A stretch of DNA of 64,000 nucleotides from an uncultured Actinomycetota bacterium (lineage in GTDB: Bacteria > Actinomycetota > Actinomycetes > Streptosporangiales > Streptosporangiaceae): the NCBI GenBank assembly GCA_963774905.1, contig CAVZHC010000003.1:142113-206112 (forward strand). The letters are read 5' to 3'. Shown piece by piece: positions 20,105 to 29,701 of the stretch. A program made the translations under genes and the position numbers. The first letter of the stretch is position 1. Each line of letters opens with the position of its first letter. A model generated the notes under the pieces. That model worked only from the letters and a program-made list of their open reading frames with translations. It was not told the origin of the DNA and did no database searches.

Positions 20105-20695
20105 ATGTTCGAGACCGATGCCGAGCTCGCCGAGCTCCAGGCCTTGCTCGATACGTCGCTGCCGCGGTCGACCGAGCACCTGCGGTCGATCATCATGCCA
20201 GGGGAGCGGACGCTGACCGCGCGCCAGCTCGCCGCCGTCTGCGCCGGGATGTGCACGATGGCGGTATCCACCGTCACGGCCAAGGGCGAGCCGAGGATCA
20301 GCGCGGTGGACGGGCACCTGCTGCACGGCCGCTGGTACTTCAGCACGTCGCGGACCGCGGCCAAGGCCAGGCACCTGGCCGCACGGCCAGCGGTGAGCCT
20401 GGCCTACATCCGCGGCGAGGAGATCGGCGTCTTCGCGCACGGCACCGCTCAGCAGATGAACCCGCCCGGCGGGCCGGACGACCCTGACTGGCCGGCTCTG
20501 CTGCAGTACATGACCGACTACTACGGCAGCTCGCCGCTGAGCTGGGGCGACGTGGTGTACTACCGGCTGGTGCCGGGCTGGATGGTGGTGTTCGCCTCGC
20601 ACCCCGACCAGCTGATGGCGGGCCTGGCTACGCCGGGACAGTCCTGGTACGCGGCCCGGCCCGCAGCACCTGGGAGGGAAGCTGGCGGCCGATGA
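20105..20695 (+). CDS. Pyridoxamine 5'-phosphate oxidase family (split-barrel flavin/F420-binding) protein
   Basis: TMAVSTVTAKGEPRISAVDGHLLHGRWYFSTSRTAAKARHLAARPAVSLAY. Alternative ATG at 20087. The 3' end overlaps the convergent lyase gene. Confidence 0.7.
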   Translation: MFETDAELAELQALLDTSLPRSTEHLRSIIMPGERTLTARQLAAVCAGMCTMAVSTVTAKGEPRISAVDGHLLHGRWYFSTSRTAAKARHLAARPAVSLAYIRGEEIGVFAHGTAQQMNPPGGPDDPDWPALLQYMTDYYGSSPLSWGDVVYYRLVPGWMVVFASHPDQLMAGLATPGQSWYAARPAAPGREAGGR

Positions 20696-21542
20696 TCCGC
20701 TCGGCGTCGGCGGCCGCGTCGATCATCGCGTCGAGGTCGACGCCGGTGGCGATGCCCATGTCCTGCGCCATGTGCACGAGTTCCTCCGTCGCGATGTTGC
20801 CGGTCGCACCGGGGGCGTACGGGCAGCCGCCGAGCCCGCCGACCGAGGCGTCGAAGTCGGCAACGCCGAGCTCGAGGGCGGCGAGCACGTTCGCCAGCCC
20901 GGTGCCGCGGGTGTTGTGGAAGTGCAGGTTCAGCGGGACGTCAGGGTAGGCCGACCTGAACTCCCCGACCAGCGACCAGACCCGTGTCGGCGTGGCCATG
21001 CCGGTGGTGTCGCCGAACGAGATCGAGTCAGCGCCGTCGGCGACCGCCCGGCCAGCCACCTGGACCACCCGGTCCACCGGGACGTCGCCCTCGTAGGGAC
21101 AGCCCCACGCCGTGGAGACGATCACCTGGCAGGGCACGCCGCGCTCGTGCGCGCGGGCGATGATCGCGGCGATGTCGTCAAGCGACTCCTCGGTAGACCG
21201 CCTGACGTTCTTGCGGTTGTGCGTGTCCGAGGCCGAGACGACGGCCTCGATCTCGGTCAGCCCGGCGTCCAGCGCCCGGCGGGCGCCGCGCAGGTTCGGG
21301 ACCAAGGCGGAGTAGCGCACCGCGTCGGACCGGCGGATGCCCTGCCAGACCTCGTCGGCGTCGGCCATCTGGGGTATCGCCTCGGGCCTGACGAACGACA
21401 CGGCCTCGATCCGGCGCACCCCGGTACCCGACAGCCGGTCGATCAGCTCGATCTTGGCGGCCGTGGGCACCGGGTCCTCGTTCTGCAGCCCGTCGCGCGG
21501 TCCCACCTCGCGCAGCGAGATCCGGCTCGGCAGGTCACTCAC
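20628..21542 (-). CDS. Hydroxymethylglutaryl-CoA lyase
   Basis: ISLREVGPRDGLQNE...FHNTRGTGLANVLAALELGV...GGLGGCPYAPGATGN. GTG 21542 overlaps the hydratase stop by 8 nt. Confidence 0.85.
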   Translation of the reverse strand: MSDLPSRISLREVGPRDGLQNEDPVPTAAKIELIDRLSGTGVRRIEAVSFVRPEAIPQMADADEVWQGIRRSDAVRYSALVPNLRGARRALDAGLTEIEAVVSASDTHNRKNVRRSTEESLDDIAAIIARAHERGVPCQVIVSTAWGCPYEGDVPVDRVVQVAGRAVADGADSISFGDTTGMATPTRVWSLVGEFRSAYPDVPLNLHFHNTRGTGLANVLAALELGVADFDASVGGLGGCPYAPGATGNIATEELVHMAQDMGIATGVDLDAMIDAAADAERIIGRQLPSQVLRAGPRTRTVPA

Positions 21543-22365
21543 TGCCGTCCTCCCCAACGTCGGCCGCGCTCTTTCGGCCGGCGGACGGCCAGACGGGGCG
21601 GCGCTTCTCGGCGAACGCGGCGATGCCCTCGCGACGGTCGGCCGAGGCGGCGGCGGTGCGCCAGGCCGCGTCCTCGACATCCAGGGCGGCGGCCAGCGTC
21701 AGCCCGGCGCCGTTGTGCAGCGCCCGCTTGGCGGCGCGCACCGCGACCGGCGAGTTCGCCGCGATCTGCCGCGCCATGGCCAGCGCCCGCTCAGCCGCCG
21801 CGCCGGGCGGCACAAGCACGTCGACCAGCCCGATCGCGGCCGCCTCGGCCGCGTCGACCTTGCGGCCGGAGAAGATCAGCTCGGCGGCCCGGCCTGGCCC
21901 GATCCGCCGCGCAAGCAGCTGAGTACCGCCGCAGCCGGGGACCAGCCCCACGCTCGCCTCGGGCAGGCCGAGCACCGCGGTCTCGTCCGCCACGATCACG
22001 TCGCAGCTCAGCGCCAGCTCGCAGCCACCGCCGAGAGCGAACCCGTGCACGGCGGCGATGGCGGGCTGCGGCAGCTCAAGCAGCGCGCCGAACGCCGCAC
22101 GGAACGCCGGCCGCTGCGCCATGATCTGTGCGTCGCTCATCGCGGCCCGCTCCTTGAGGTCGGCGCCCGCGCAGAATGCCCGCTCCCCCTGCGCCCGCAG
22201 CAGCACGACCGCGGTCCCCTGGTCGGCGCCGAGCTCGGCGAAGTACCCGGCGAGCTGGTGCAGCGTGGCGGTGTTCAGCGAGTTCATCGCCTCCGGCCGG
22301 TCCAGCACCACCTCGGCGATCCCGCCGGCCTGCCGGCGCATCAAGGCGCAGCCGCTCGCACTCAC
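21535..22365 (-). CDS. Enoyl-CoA hydratase/isomerase family (methylglutaconyl-CoA hydratase-like by context)
   Basis: Crotonase fold motifs: FCAGADLKE, AAVHGFALGGGCELALSCD. Confidence 0.85.
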   Translation of the reverse strand: MSASGCALMRRQAGGIAEVVLDRPEAMNSLNTATLHQLAGYFAELGADQGTAVVLLRAQGERAFCAGADLKERAAMSDAQIMAQRPAFRAAFGALLELPQPAIAAVHGFALGGGCELALSCDVIVADETAVLGLPEASVGLVPGCGGTQLLARRIGPGRAAELIFSGRKVDAAEAAAIGLVDVLVPPGAAAERALAMARQIAANSPVAVRAAKRALHNGAGLTLAAALDVEDAAWRTAAASADRREGIAAFAEKRRPVWPSAGRKSAADVGEDGSE

Positions 22366-22402
22366 GTTGCCAGGCTAACCGCCGCCGGCCGGCTCCCGGC
22401 GC

Positions 22403-22930
22403 TCAGTATCCGTCCTGCTGCGGGCCGGTCCAGCCGACCCTGGCGGCCTCGTCGCCCACGAGCTGGAACAGGATGCTCTGCACCCGCTGCACGTCGGGGA
22501 TCTCGGTAAGGGTGAGCTGGCCATGCTCGCCGGGCGACTCCACGATCAGCCGCCCGCAGCCGAGCACGCGGTCAAGCAGGCCTTGGGAGTAGGAGACGTC
22601 GCTGATCCGGTTCAGCGGGAAATCGCGCCCGGTCCTGGCGATGATCCCTTCCCGCAGCCGCAGCCGCCGAGTGGTCACCTCATAGATCGTGGTCCGCCAC
22701 CGGAGGAATGGCACTCCGAACCACGCCACGGCGGCGAGCAGCGCCGCTACTCCGATCGCGGCCCGCAACGGCCACAGGTGCGACGCATCGGCGGGCAGCA
22801 GGACAATCGCCACGCTGGCCGCGGCGAGCACCAGGATCAAGACGATCGCCGGCCGCACCATCACCCTGCCGTGCGGGTGCAGCCGCAGCACGCGCTGCTC
22901 GCCATCCGCCAGCGAGTCCGTACCAGCCAC
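22403..22930 (-). CDS. Bacterial PH-domain (YdbS/DUF304-like) membrane protein
   Basis: Two TM helices followed by TIYEVTTRRLRLREGIIARTGRDFPLNRISDVSYSQGLLDRVLGCGRL. Confidence 0.75.
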   Translation of the reverse strand: MAGTDSLADGEQRVLRLHPHGRVMVRPAIVLILVLAAASVAIVLLPADASHLWPLRAAIGVAALLAAVAWFGVPFLRWRTTIYEVTTRRLRLREGIIARTGRDFPLNRISDVSYSQGLLDRVLGCGRLIVESPGEHGQLTLTEIPDVQRVQSILFQLVGDEAARVGWTGPQQDGY

Positions 22931-23052
22931 AAGTCACATGATGGCAGCTAAGCAGCAAACCGGTGAACCCATGGGCCCGCAACGGCGGGTCTGCTCGCCG
23001 ACCGTGGCCGCGCCGTCCGCTTCGGTGGCCCAGCTCAGCGGTCGCGGGCAGC

Positions 23053-23892
23053 TCAGCGGACGTGCACCACGTCGCCGGCGCTGACGGGCACCGGCGCGGT
23101 GCCGCCCGCGCCGGGCCTGACCAGCAGCTGGCCGAACTGGTCCATGCCGACCGCCGTCCCGGACAGCTGCGTGCCGCCGGGCAGCTCGACCCTGACCAGG
23201 CGCCCCAGGGTCGCGCTCAGCGCCAGGTACTCCTCGCGCTGCCCGGACGCGTCGGCGTCGCCGCCGGCCTGCAGCCAGCGCCGGTACCGATGCTCGAGCT
23301 GGCGCAGGATCTCCGCGAGCAGGCCGGCCCGGTCAGCGCCAGGCACGCCGCAGGCCTCCAGCGAGGTCGCGGCCGGCGACGGCAGGTCGCCGGCGCGGCC
23401 GGCCACGTTAAGCCCGATGCCGACCACGATCGCGTCCCCGGCCTGTTCGGCGAGTATCCCGGCCAGCTTCCCGTCGCCGACCAGGAGATCGTTGGGCCAC
23501 TTCAGCCGGGCGTCGACCCCGGCCAGCGCGCGGACCGCGGTCACCGCCGCCAGGCCGGCCAGCAGCGGCACCCAACCCCAGGCCGCTCGCGGCACCGGCG
23601 CGGGCCGCAGCAGCACCGAGAACGTCAGCGCCGCCCCCGGCCGACTGTGCCAGGTCCGGCCGAGCCTGCCCCGGCCAGCGATCTGCGCCTCGGCGGCGAC
23701 GACGAGGCCCTCGGCCGCCCCTTGCGCGGCGTAGCCGAGCACGTCGGCGTTGGTCGAGCCGGTCTGCGCGACGACCCGGATGTCGGCCCATAGCCGCCCG
23801 GGCCCGGCGACGGCCGCGGCCAGCGTGGCGGCGCTGAGCGGCGCTAGCGGCGGGGGCAGCGGCGGCGGGCCGGGCGCGGGTCGGCCTTCCAT
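23053..23892 (-). CDS. birA: Biotin--[acetyl-CoA-carboxylase] ligase
   Basis: TGSTNAD...AEAQIAGRGRLGRTWHS...LKWPNDLL...KLAGILAE. ATG 23892 (MEGRPAP). Confidence 0.85.
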   Translation of the reverse strand: MEGRPAPGPPPLPPPLAPLSAATLAAAVAGPGRLWADIRVVAQTGSTNADVLGYAAQGAAEGLVVAAEAQIAGRGRLGRTWHSRPGAALTFSVLLRPAPVPRAAWGWVPLLAGLAAVTAVRALAGVDARLKWPNDLLVGDGKLAGILAEQAGDAIVVGIGLNVAGRAGDLPSPAATSLEACGVPGADRAGLLAEILRQLEHRYRRWLQAGGDADASGQREEYLALSATLGRLVRVELPGGTQLSGTAVGMDQFGQLLVRPGAGGTAPVPVSAGDVVHVR

Positions 23893-24171
23893 CCGCACAT
23901 TGTCCCCCCGGCCGGTGAACCCGGTCCGCCGCGACGCCGTTTCACAAATGATTCCGTCGGCTCCGATGGGCTGATGATGAAACTGACAGATGAACACCGA
24001 GCGACACGTTGGGAAAGCCCGGCCATGACGGCTTGCGCCATGTCGGCGGAACTGCTGGCATAGCGGTACGCTCGTCAATACCAGGGCGGAACGGGTGAAA
24101 GCTCAGGTAAGGGAGAGTCCACCGGTGGCGATCCGGTTCCGGGCGCGGATGCGATCACGGCGGGCCTGCCG

Positions 24172-25068
24172 GTGCCGCAAGTCGACCCGGCCGATCCGGC
24201 CGCCGGGTACCTGGCCGCTCTCGGCACCGCCGAGCCCGCGCAGCTCACCGCCGTGCTGGAGGCCGCGGTGACCGGGCCGCAGGGTACGCCGCAGGCCGTC
24301 GCCGAGTCGACAGAGACATTGCTCGCGCTGACCAGGGCCAGGATCGTCACCGGCGACCTGGCGGGCGCGTGGAGGTCGCTCGACGGCCTGGCCGCGCAGC
24401 AGCCTGACGACTGGCGGGTCACCTGGTACCGGGGGCTGGCCGAGCTGGCGGCGTGGAACCCGGCGGCGGCCCGTTCCTCCTTCGACGCGGTCTGCGACCT
24501 GCTGCCCGGCGAGCCGGCGCCCAAGCTTGCGCTGGCGTTCGCTGCCGAGGCGGCCGGCGACGCCGCGGCGGAAGCACGCTACTTCGGCCTGGTCTGGACG
24601 CTCGACCGGTCGTTCGTCAGCGCGGCGTTCGGGCTGGCCAGGTCGCTGCAGCGGAGCGGTGACCGGGCCGGCGCGGTGGCCGCGCTCGCCTCGGTGCGGC
24701 CGACGTCCAGCTACTTCCTGGCCGGCCAGGTCGCCGCCGTCAGGATCCGGGTGTCGCCGCCGCCCGGCCAGCCCTGCGCCGGCGCGGACGAGCTCGCCGC
24801 GGCCGGGCGGGACCTAGGCAGGATCGCGCTCGAGCCCGCGTCCGCGCAACAGATCACCGCCGAGGTGCTGCGGGCCGCGCTCGACCGGCTGCTCGCGTCG
24901 CAGCCGCTGGACTCCGGCGAGCTGCTTGGCTGCCAGACCACCGAACGGTCACTGCGGTTCGGGCTTGAACGCAGCTACCGCGCCCAGGCCAGGCTCGCAG
25001 CCGAGCGGCTGCGCCGGATCGAGCTCGTCGACGCCGCCAACACCGTCCGCCCGAGTACCTGGTCATGA
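24172..25068 (+). CDS. TPR-like helical-repeat protein resembling the C-terminal half of PknG-type Ser/Thr kinases, with no kinase domain
   Basis: DWRVTWYRGLAELA...LPGEPAPKLALAFAAE...YFGLVWTLDRSFVSAAFGLARS. ATGA overlap with the PP2C gene. The only start is GTG 24172, and the frame is open upstream to the stop at 24061. Confidence 0.6.
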   Translation: MPQVDPADPAAGYLAALGTAEPAQLTAVLEAAVTGPQGTPQAVAESTETLLALTRARIVTGDLAGAWRSLDGLAAQQPDDWRVTWYRGLAELAAWNPAAARSSFDAVCDLLPGEPAPKLALAFAAEAAGDAAAEARYFGLVWTLDRSFVSAAFGLARSLQRSGDRAGAVAALASVRPTSSYFLAGQVAAVRIRVSPPPGQPCAGADELAAAGRDLGRIALEPASAQQITAEVLRAALDRLLASQPLDSGELLGCQTTERSLRFGLERSYRAQARLAAERLRRIELVDAANTVRPSTWS

Positions 25069-26114
25069 CCGCGGACCCGACGGCGGAGTCGTACGCCTGC
25101 CCCTCATGCGGCCAGCCGGTCCGGCCATCGGACAACTTCTGCGAGGCCTGCCGGGCCGAGCTGTCACCCGCGCTGGTCAGCGGCGGCGGGGCGAACCGCG
25201 CGCAGGCGTGCCTGTCCTGCCCGGGAGCCCCGGTGACGCCGGAGGGCTACTGCGAGTCCTGCGGCCGCAAGGTCCCGTCCGGCGCCGACCACTGCGAGCT
25301 CGACCTCGGGGTGCTTGCCGGGGTCACCGACCGCGGCCGGCGCCACTCACGCAACGAGGACGCGATGGCGATCGCGGCGGCGCGGTCCCCGGCCGGGCAG
25401 GCGGCCATCGCCGTGGTGTGCGACGGGGTCTCCACCTCGACCCGCCCCGACGAGGCGGCCCAGGCCGCCGCGAGGGCCGCGGAGCGGGTGCTGCTGGCCG
25501 CGGCCCGGGCCGGCGGCGACCTGGCGGAAGCGTCCAGGCAGGCCTTCGGCGCCGCCCAGCGGGCGCTGCTCGCCATGGCCGACGGCGGCTGGCGGGTCGG
25601 CGCGCCGTCGGCCACCTTCGTCTCCGCAGTGCTGACCGCCGCCGAGGTGACCGTGTGCTGGCTCGGCGACAGCCGCGCCTACTGGCTCGACCCGTCGGGA
25701 GCCGGCACCAGGCAGCTCACCAGCGACGACTCGGTGGCCCAGGCGCTGGTCAGCGAGGGCCTGATGAGCCCGGCCGAGGCGCTGGCCTCCCCGGCTGGCC
25801 ATGTCGTCACCGGCTGGATCGGCGCCGACCTGAGCGAGGCCGAGCCGCATGTGATCGTGTTCGCCCCGGCCGGGCCTGGCGCCGTGCTGCTCTGCTCGGA
25901 CGGGCTGTGGAACTACGCCCAGGCCGCCGGAGACCTCGGGGGCCTGGCTCTGCCCGGCGCGCTGACCGATCCGCTCGGCACGGCCGCCGCGCTTGTCGCG
26001 TTCGCCAACGAGGCGGGCGGCTCCGACAACATCACGGCCGTGCTCGCGCCCTTCCCGCCCGCCGACCGGCGCGCACCCACGGACCAGGGAGAGACCGCCG
26101 ATGAGCCGGCCTGA
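25065..26114 (+). CDS. PP2C-family Ser/Thr phosphatase with N-terminal double zinc ribbon
   Basis: CPSCG...FCEACR and CLSCP...YCESCG, followed by RHSRNEDA, VVCDGVS, LGDSRAY, CSDGLWN, GGSDNITAV. Confidence 0.85.
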   Translation: MTADPTAESYACPSCGQPVRPSDNFCEACRAELSPALVSGGGANRAQACLSCPGAPVTPEGYCESCGRKVPSGADHCELDLGVLAGVTDRGRRHSRNEDAMAIAAARSPAGQAAIAVVCDGVSTSTRPDEAAQAAARAAERVLLAAARAGGDLAEASRQAFGAAQRALLAMADGGWRVGAPSATFVSAVLTAAEVTVCWLGDSRAYWLDPSGAGTRQLTSDDSVAQALVSEGLMSPAEALASPAGHVVTGWIGADLSEAEPHVIVFAPAGPGAVLLCSDGLWNYAQAAGDLGGLALPGALTDPLGTAAALVAFANEAGGSDNITAVLAPFPPADRRAPTDQGETADEPA

Positions 26115-27068
26115 CTTCACCGTCGAGGTGTTCCAGAACGAGTTCCTCCCCGACGGCGGCCGCGAGGTCAACGCGATCGTCACGGTCACGGCGCCGGACT
26201 CTGACGCGGCCGCCGCGACCGCGAGCCAGGGCGGCGGCGCGAGCCGGGCCGAGATCATCATCATCGACTGCTCAGGCTCGACTACCCCCGTGCCAAGATC
26301 GCCCAGGCCAGGGCGGCCACCGCGGCGGCCATCGACGTGATCGGCGACGGCGTCGCGTTCGCCGTGGTCGCCGGCACCGACGTGGCGAGCCCGGCGGCGC
26401 GTGACGCGGCCATGCGGGTGGTGGCCGACCTGCGGCCGGCCGGCGGGACGGCGATGGGATCGTGGCTGCGGCTGGCCGGGCAGATGTTCTCGTTCTGCCC
26501 GGCGGCGCTGCGGCACGCGATCCTGCTCACCGACGGCAGGAACGAGCACGAGTCGCCGCAGGAGCTCACCGAGGCGCTGCGGGTGTGCGAGGGCGCGTTC
26601 AGCTGCGACTGCCGCGGCGTGGGCACTGACTGGGAGGTCGCCGAGCTGCGCCGGATCTCCACGGCCCTGCTCGGCAGCGTGGACATCGTGGCCGACCCGA
26701 GCGGCCTCGCGGCCGATTTCGAGTCCATGATGCAGACCGCGATGGGCAAGCAGGTCGCCGACGTGGCGCTGCGGGTGTGGACGCCGCAGCGCGCGGATCT
26801 GAAGTTCGTCAAGCAGGTCGCGCCGACCGTGGACGACCTGACTGCGCGGCGGGCGCAGTCGGGGCCGCAGGCCGGCGACTACCCGACCGGCGCGTGGGGC
26901 GGCGGGGAGAGCCGCGACTACCACGTCTGCGTGCAGATGACCCCGGCCGGGGTGGGCCAGGAGATGCTCGCCGCCAGGGTCAGCCTGGTGGCCGGATCGG
27001 AGGTGCTTGGCCAGGGCATGGTCAGCGCGGTGTGGACCGACGACGAGGCGCTGACGACCAGGATACGA
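26101..27068 (+). pseudogene. vWA (TerY-like) domain protein, reading frame broken right after the MIDAS DCSGS motif and lacking a natural C-terminus
   Basis: Frame A gives MSRPDFTVEVFQNEFLPDGGREVNAIV...IIIIDCSGS. Homology resumes in another frame as (D)YPRAKIAQARAATAAAIDVIGDGVAFAVVAG...GGTAMGSW...ILLTDGRNE. After ...WTDDEALTT the ORF reads the FHA gene out of frame until 27314. Confidence 0.65.
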
Positions 27069-27078
27069 CATCTGCGGC

Positions 27079-27795
27079 ATGCGGATCGGCGGCGCGCCGA
27101 CCGCTACCAGCGCGGCGTCGGCCGCTGGCGGCGGGGAGCCTGCTGCTGGCAGCGGGGAGCCGGCCGCGCCGAGCGGGGAGCCGTGCCCGCGGTGCGGCAC
27201 CGGCCGGAGCGGCCAGTTCTGCGAGGTGTGCGGCTTCGACTTCGAGGCCGGCCGCCCGGCACAGACGGCCCAGCCCGCAGAGCCTGCCCAGCCCGCACAG
27301 CCTGCCCAGCCTGACCCATCCGCGCAGCCTGCCCAGACAAACCCATCCGCGCAGCCTGACCTGCACGCGCAGACCGGTCAGCCCGCACGGACCTGGACCG
27401 CGGTGATCACGGCCGACCGTGGCCACTTCGACAGCGTGCTCGCGGCCGACGGCCCGGACTCTGCCTCGCTGCGGTTCCCTGCGTACTGTCCGGAGCGGCG
27501 GTTCGCGCTGACCGGCCCGCAGATGCGGATCGGCAGGCGCAGCGCCTCCCGCGGCCTGGAGCCCGAGATCGACCTCACCGGCCCGCCGGTCGACCCCGGC
27601 ATCTCGCACCTGCACGCCGTACTGATCGCGCAGGCCGACGGCACCTGGTCCGTGCTCGACCCCGGCTCGTCCAACGGCACCCAGGTCAACGGTGCCGACA
27701 TCGCCTGCGGTGTCCCTGTGCCGCTGCGCGCCGGGGACCGGGTCTGCCTGGGCGCGTGGACCGTACTCACGGTCGAGCGGGGCCAGCCCGGATGA
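27079..27795 (+). CDS. FHA-domain protein with N-terminal zinc ribbon and Pro/Gln/Ala-rich linker
   Basis: [17 protein letters not shown]. The FHA core is [17 protein letters not shown]...ISHLHAVL...[16 protein letters not shown]. The N-terminus is possibly truncated (see findings). Confidence 0.75.
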   Translation: MRIGGAPTATSAASAAGGGEPAAGSGEPAAPSGEPCPRCGTGRSGQFCEVCGFDFEAGRPAQTAQPAEPAQPAQPAQPDPSAQPAQTNPSAQPDLHAQTGQPARTWTAVITADRGHFDSVLAADGPDSASLRFPAYCPERRFALTGPQMRIGRRSASRGLEPEIDLTGPPVDPGISHLHAVLIAQADGTWSVLDPGSSNGTQVNGADIACGVPVPLRAGDRVCLGAWTVLTVERGQPG

Positions 27796-27868
27796 CGCCC
27801 CCTGGCTGACACCGGCCGTCGCGCCCCGACGAGCCGCCGCCCTGGCCTGCTGCCCTACCCTGTGCGGC

Positions 27869-29542
27869 ATGGCCATGCACGCGCAGCAGCCCCACGACAC
27901 CGCAGCCCACGACACCGCGGCCGACGCCGCCGCGACTGGCGACCCGGCCGCCCCGATCGACATGCACACCACCGCAGGCAAGCTCGCCGACCTGGAGCAG
28001 CGCAGGCACGAGGCCGCCCATGCCGGCTCGGCTCGCGCCGTCGAGCGGCAGCACGACAAGGGCAAGATGACCGCGCGTGAACGGATCGACAAGCTGCTCG
28101 ACCCGGGCTCGTTCATCGAGTTCGACGAGCTGGCCAGGCACCGCGCGCACGACTTCGGGATCGCAGCAGAACGCCCGTACGGCGACGGCGTCGTGACCGG
28201 GTTCGGCACCATCGACGGGCGGCCGGTGTGCGTGTTCAGCCAGGACTTCACCATCTTCGGCGGGTCGCTAGGCGAGGTCTTCGGCACCAAGATCGTCAAG
28301 GTGATGGACCACGCGCTGAAGGTCGGCTGCCCGGTGATCGGGATCAACGACAGCGGCGGCGCCAGGATCCAGGAGGGCGTGGTCGCGCTCGGCCTGTACG
28401 CCGAGATCTTCTTCCGCAACGTGATGGCCTCCGGTGTGATCCCGCAGATCTCGCTGATCATGGGGCCGTGCGCGGGCGGCGCGGTCTACTCCCCCGCCAT
28501 CACCGACTTCACCTTGATGGTGGACCAGACCTCGCACATGTTCATCACGGGGCCTGACGTGATCAAGACCGTGACCGGCGAGGAGGTCACGTTCGAGGAG
28601 CTCGGCGGGGCGCTTGCGCACAACTCCAAGTCCGGCGTGGCCCACTACCAGGCGGCCGACGAGGAGGACTGCCTGGACTTCGCCCGCGTGCTGCTGTCCT
28701 ACCTGCCGTCGAACAACCTGGAGGAGCCGCCGGTCTTCCCGACCGGACTGGACCCGGGGCAGGTGCTCGAGCTGACCGAGGAGGACGCCGAGCTTGACGC
28801 GCTCATCCCCGACTCGGCGAACCACCCCTACGACATGCACGTCGCCATCGAGCACGTGCTCGACGACGGCGAGTTCTGCGAGATCCACGCCGCCTTCGCG
28901 CAGAACATCATCTGCGGCTTCGGCCGGGTGGACGGCACGCCGGTCGGCGTGGTGGCCAATCAGCCCATGCACTTCGCCGGCTGCCTGGACATCGACGCGT
29001 CGGAGAAGGCGGCCAGGTTCGTCCGCACCTGCGACGCGTTCAGCATCCCGGTGCTCACGTTCGTTGACGTGCCAGGGTTCCTGCCGGGCACCGACCAGGA
29101 GTGGGGCGGCATCATCAGGCGCGGCGCCAAGCTGATCTACGCCTACGCCGAGGCGACGGTACCGAAGATCACGGTGATCACCAGGAAGGCCTACGGCGGC
29201 GCCTACGACGTCATGGGCTCCAAGCACCTGGGCGGCGACATCAACCTGGCCTGGCCGACCGCGCAGATCGCGGTGATGGGCGCCCAGGGCGCGGTCAACA
29301 TCTTGTACCGGCGCGAACTTGCCGCCGCGGCCACACCGCAGGAGCAGGCGGCCGTGCGCGAGGCCAGGGCCAGCGAGTACGAGGACACACTCGCCAACCC
29401 CTACGCCGCGGCAGAACGCGGCTACGTGGACGCCGTGATCAGGCCCGCCGAGACGCGGCGGGAGGTGATCAGGGCGCTGCGCGCGCTGCGGACCAAGCGC
29501 CAGACGCTGCCGGCCAAGAAGCACGGCAACATCCCGCTCTAG
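27869..29542 (+). CDS. accD5: Propionyl/acetyl-CoA carboxylase carboxyltransferase beta subunit
   Basis: [18 protein letters not shown]...[13 protein letters not shown]...[12 protein letters not shown]...[13 protein letters not shown]...[10 protein letters not shown]. Divergent neighbourhood with birA matches the mycobacterial arrangement. Confidence 0.9.
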   Translation: MAMHAQQPHDTAAHDTAADAAATGDPAAPIDMHTTAGKLADLEQRRHEAAHAGSARAVERQHDKGKMTARERIDKLLDPGSFIEFDELARHRAHDFGIAAERPYGDGVVTGFGTIDGRPVCVFSQDFTIFGGSLGEVFGTKIVKVMDHALKVGCPVIGINDSGGARIQEGVVALGLYAEIFFRNVMASGVIPQISLIMGPCAGGAVYSPAITDFTLMVDQTSHMFITGPDVIKTVTGEEVTFEELGGALAHNSKSGVAHYQAADEEDCLDFARVLLSYLPSNNLEEPPVFPTGLDPGQVLELTEEDAELDALIPDSANHPYDMHVAIEHVLDDGEFCEIHAAFAQNIICGFGRVDGTPVGVVANQPMHFAGCLDIDASEKAARFVRTCDAFSIPVLTFVDVPGFLPGTDQEWGGIIRRGAKLIYAYAEATVPKITVITRKAYGGAYDVMGSKHLGGDINLAWPTAQIAVMGAQGAVNILYRRELAAAATPQEQAAVREARASEYEDTLANPYAAAERGYVDAVIRPAETRREVIRALRALRTKRQTLPAKKHGNIPL

Positions 29543-29573
29543 CGCCTGGCCCAGCCATCTCCGCCAAAGCCAC

Positions 29574-29621
29574 AGCAACCAACTCCGCTGAGGCCAGAGC
29601 AGCCAACTCCGCCGAGGCCAG
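29574..29621. repeat. Two tandem 24-bp units just after the accD5 stop
   Basis: AGCAACCAACTCCGCTGAGGCCAG / AGCAGCCAACTCCGCCGAGGCCAG (22 of 24 identical). Confidence 0.6.
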
Positions 29622-29701
29622 AACGGAATTTGCGTGCCACCGGGAGCGATTGGTCGTCGAGCCGCGACACCCCGCCCGGCGCCGCGTAAAGTCGAAGGGA
29701 C

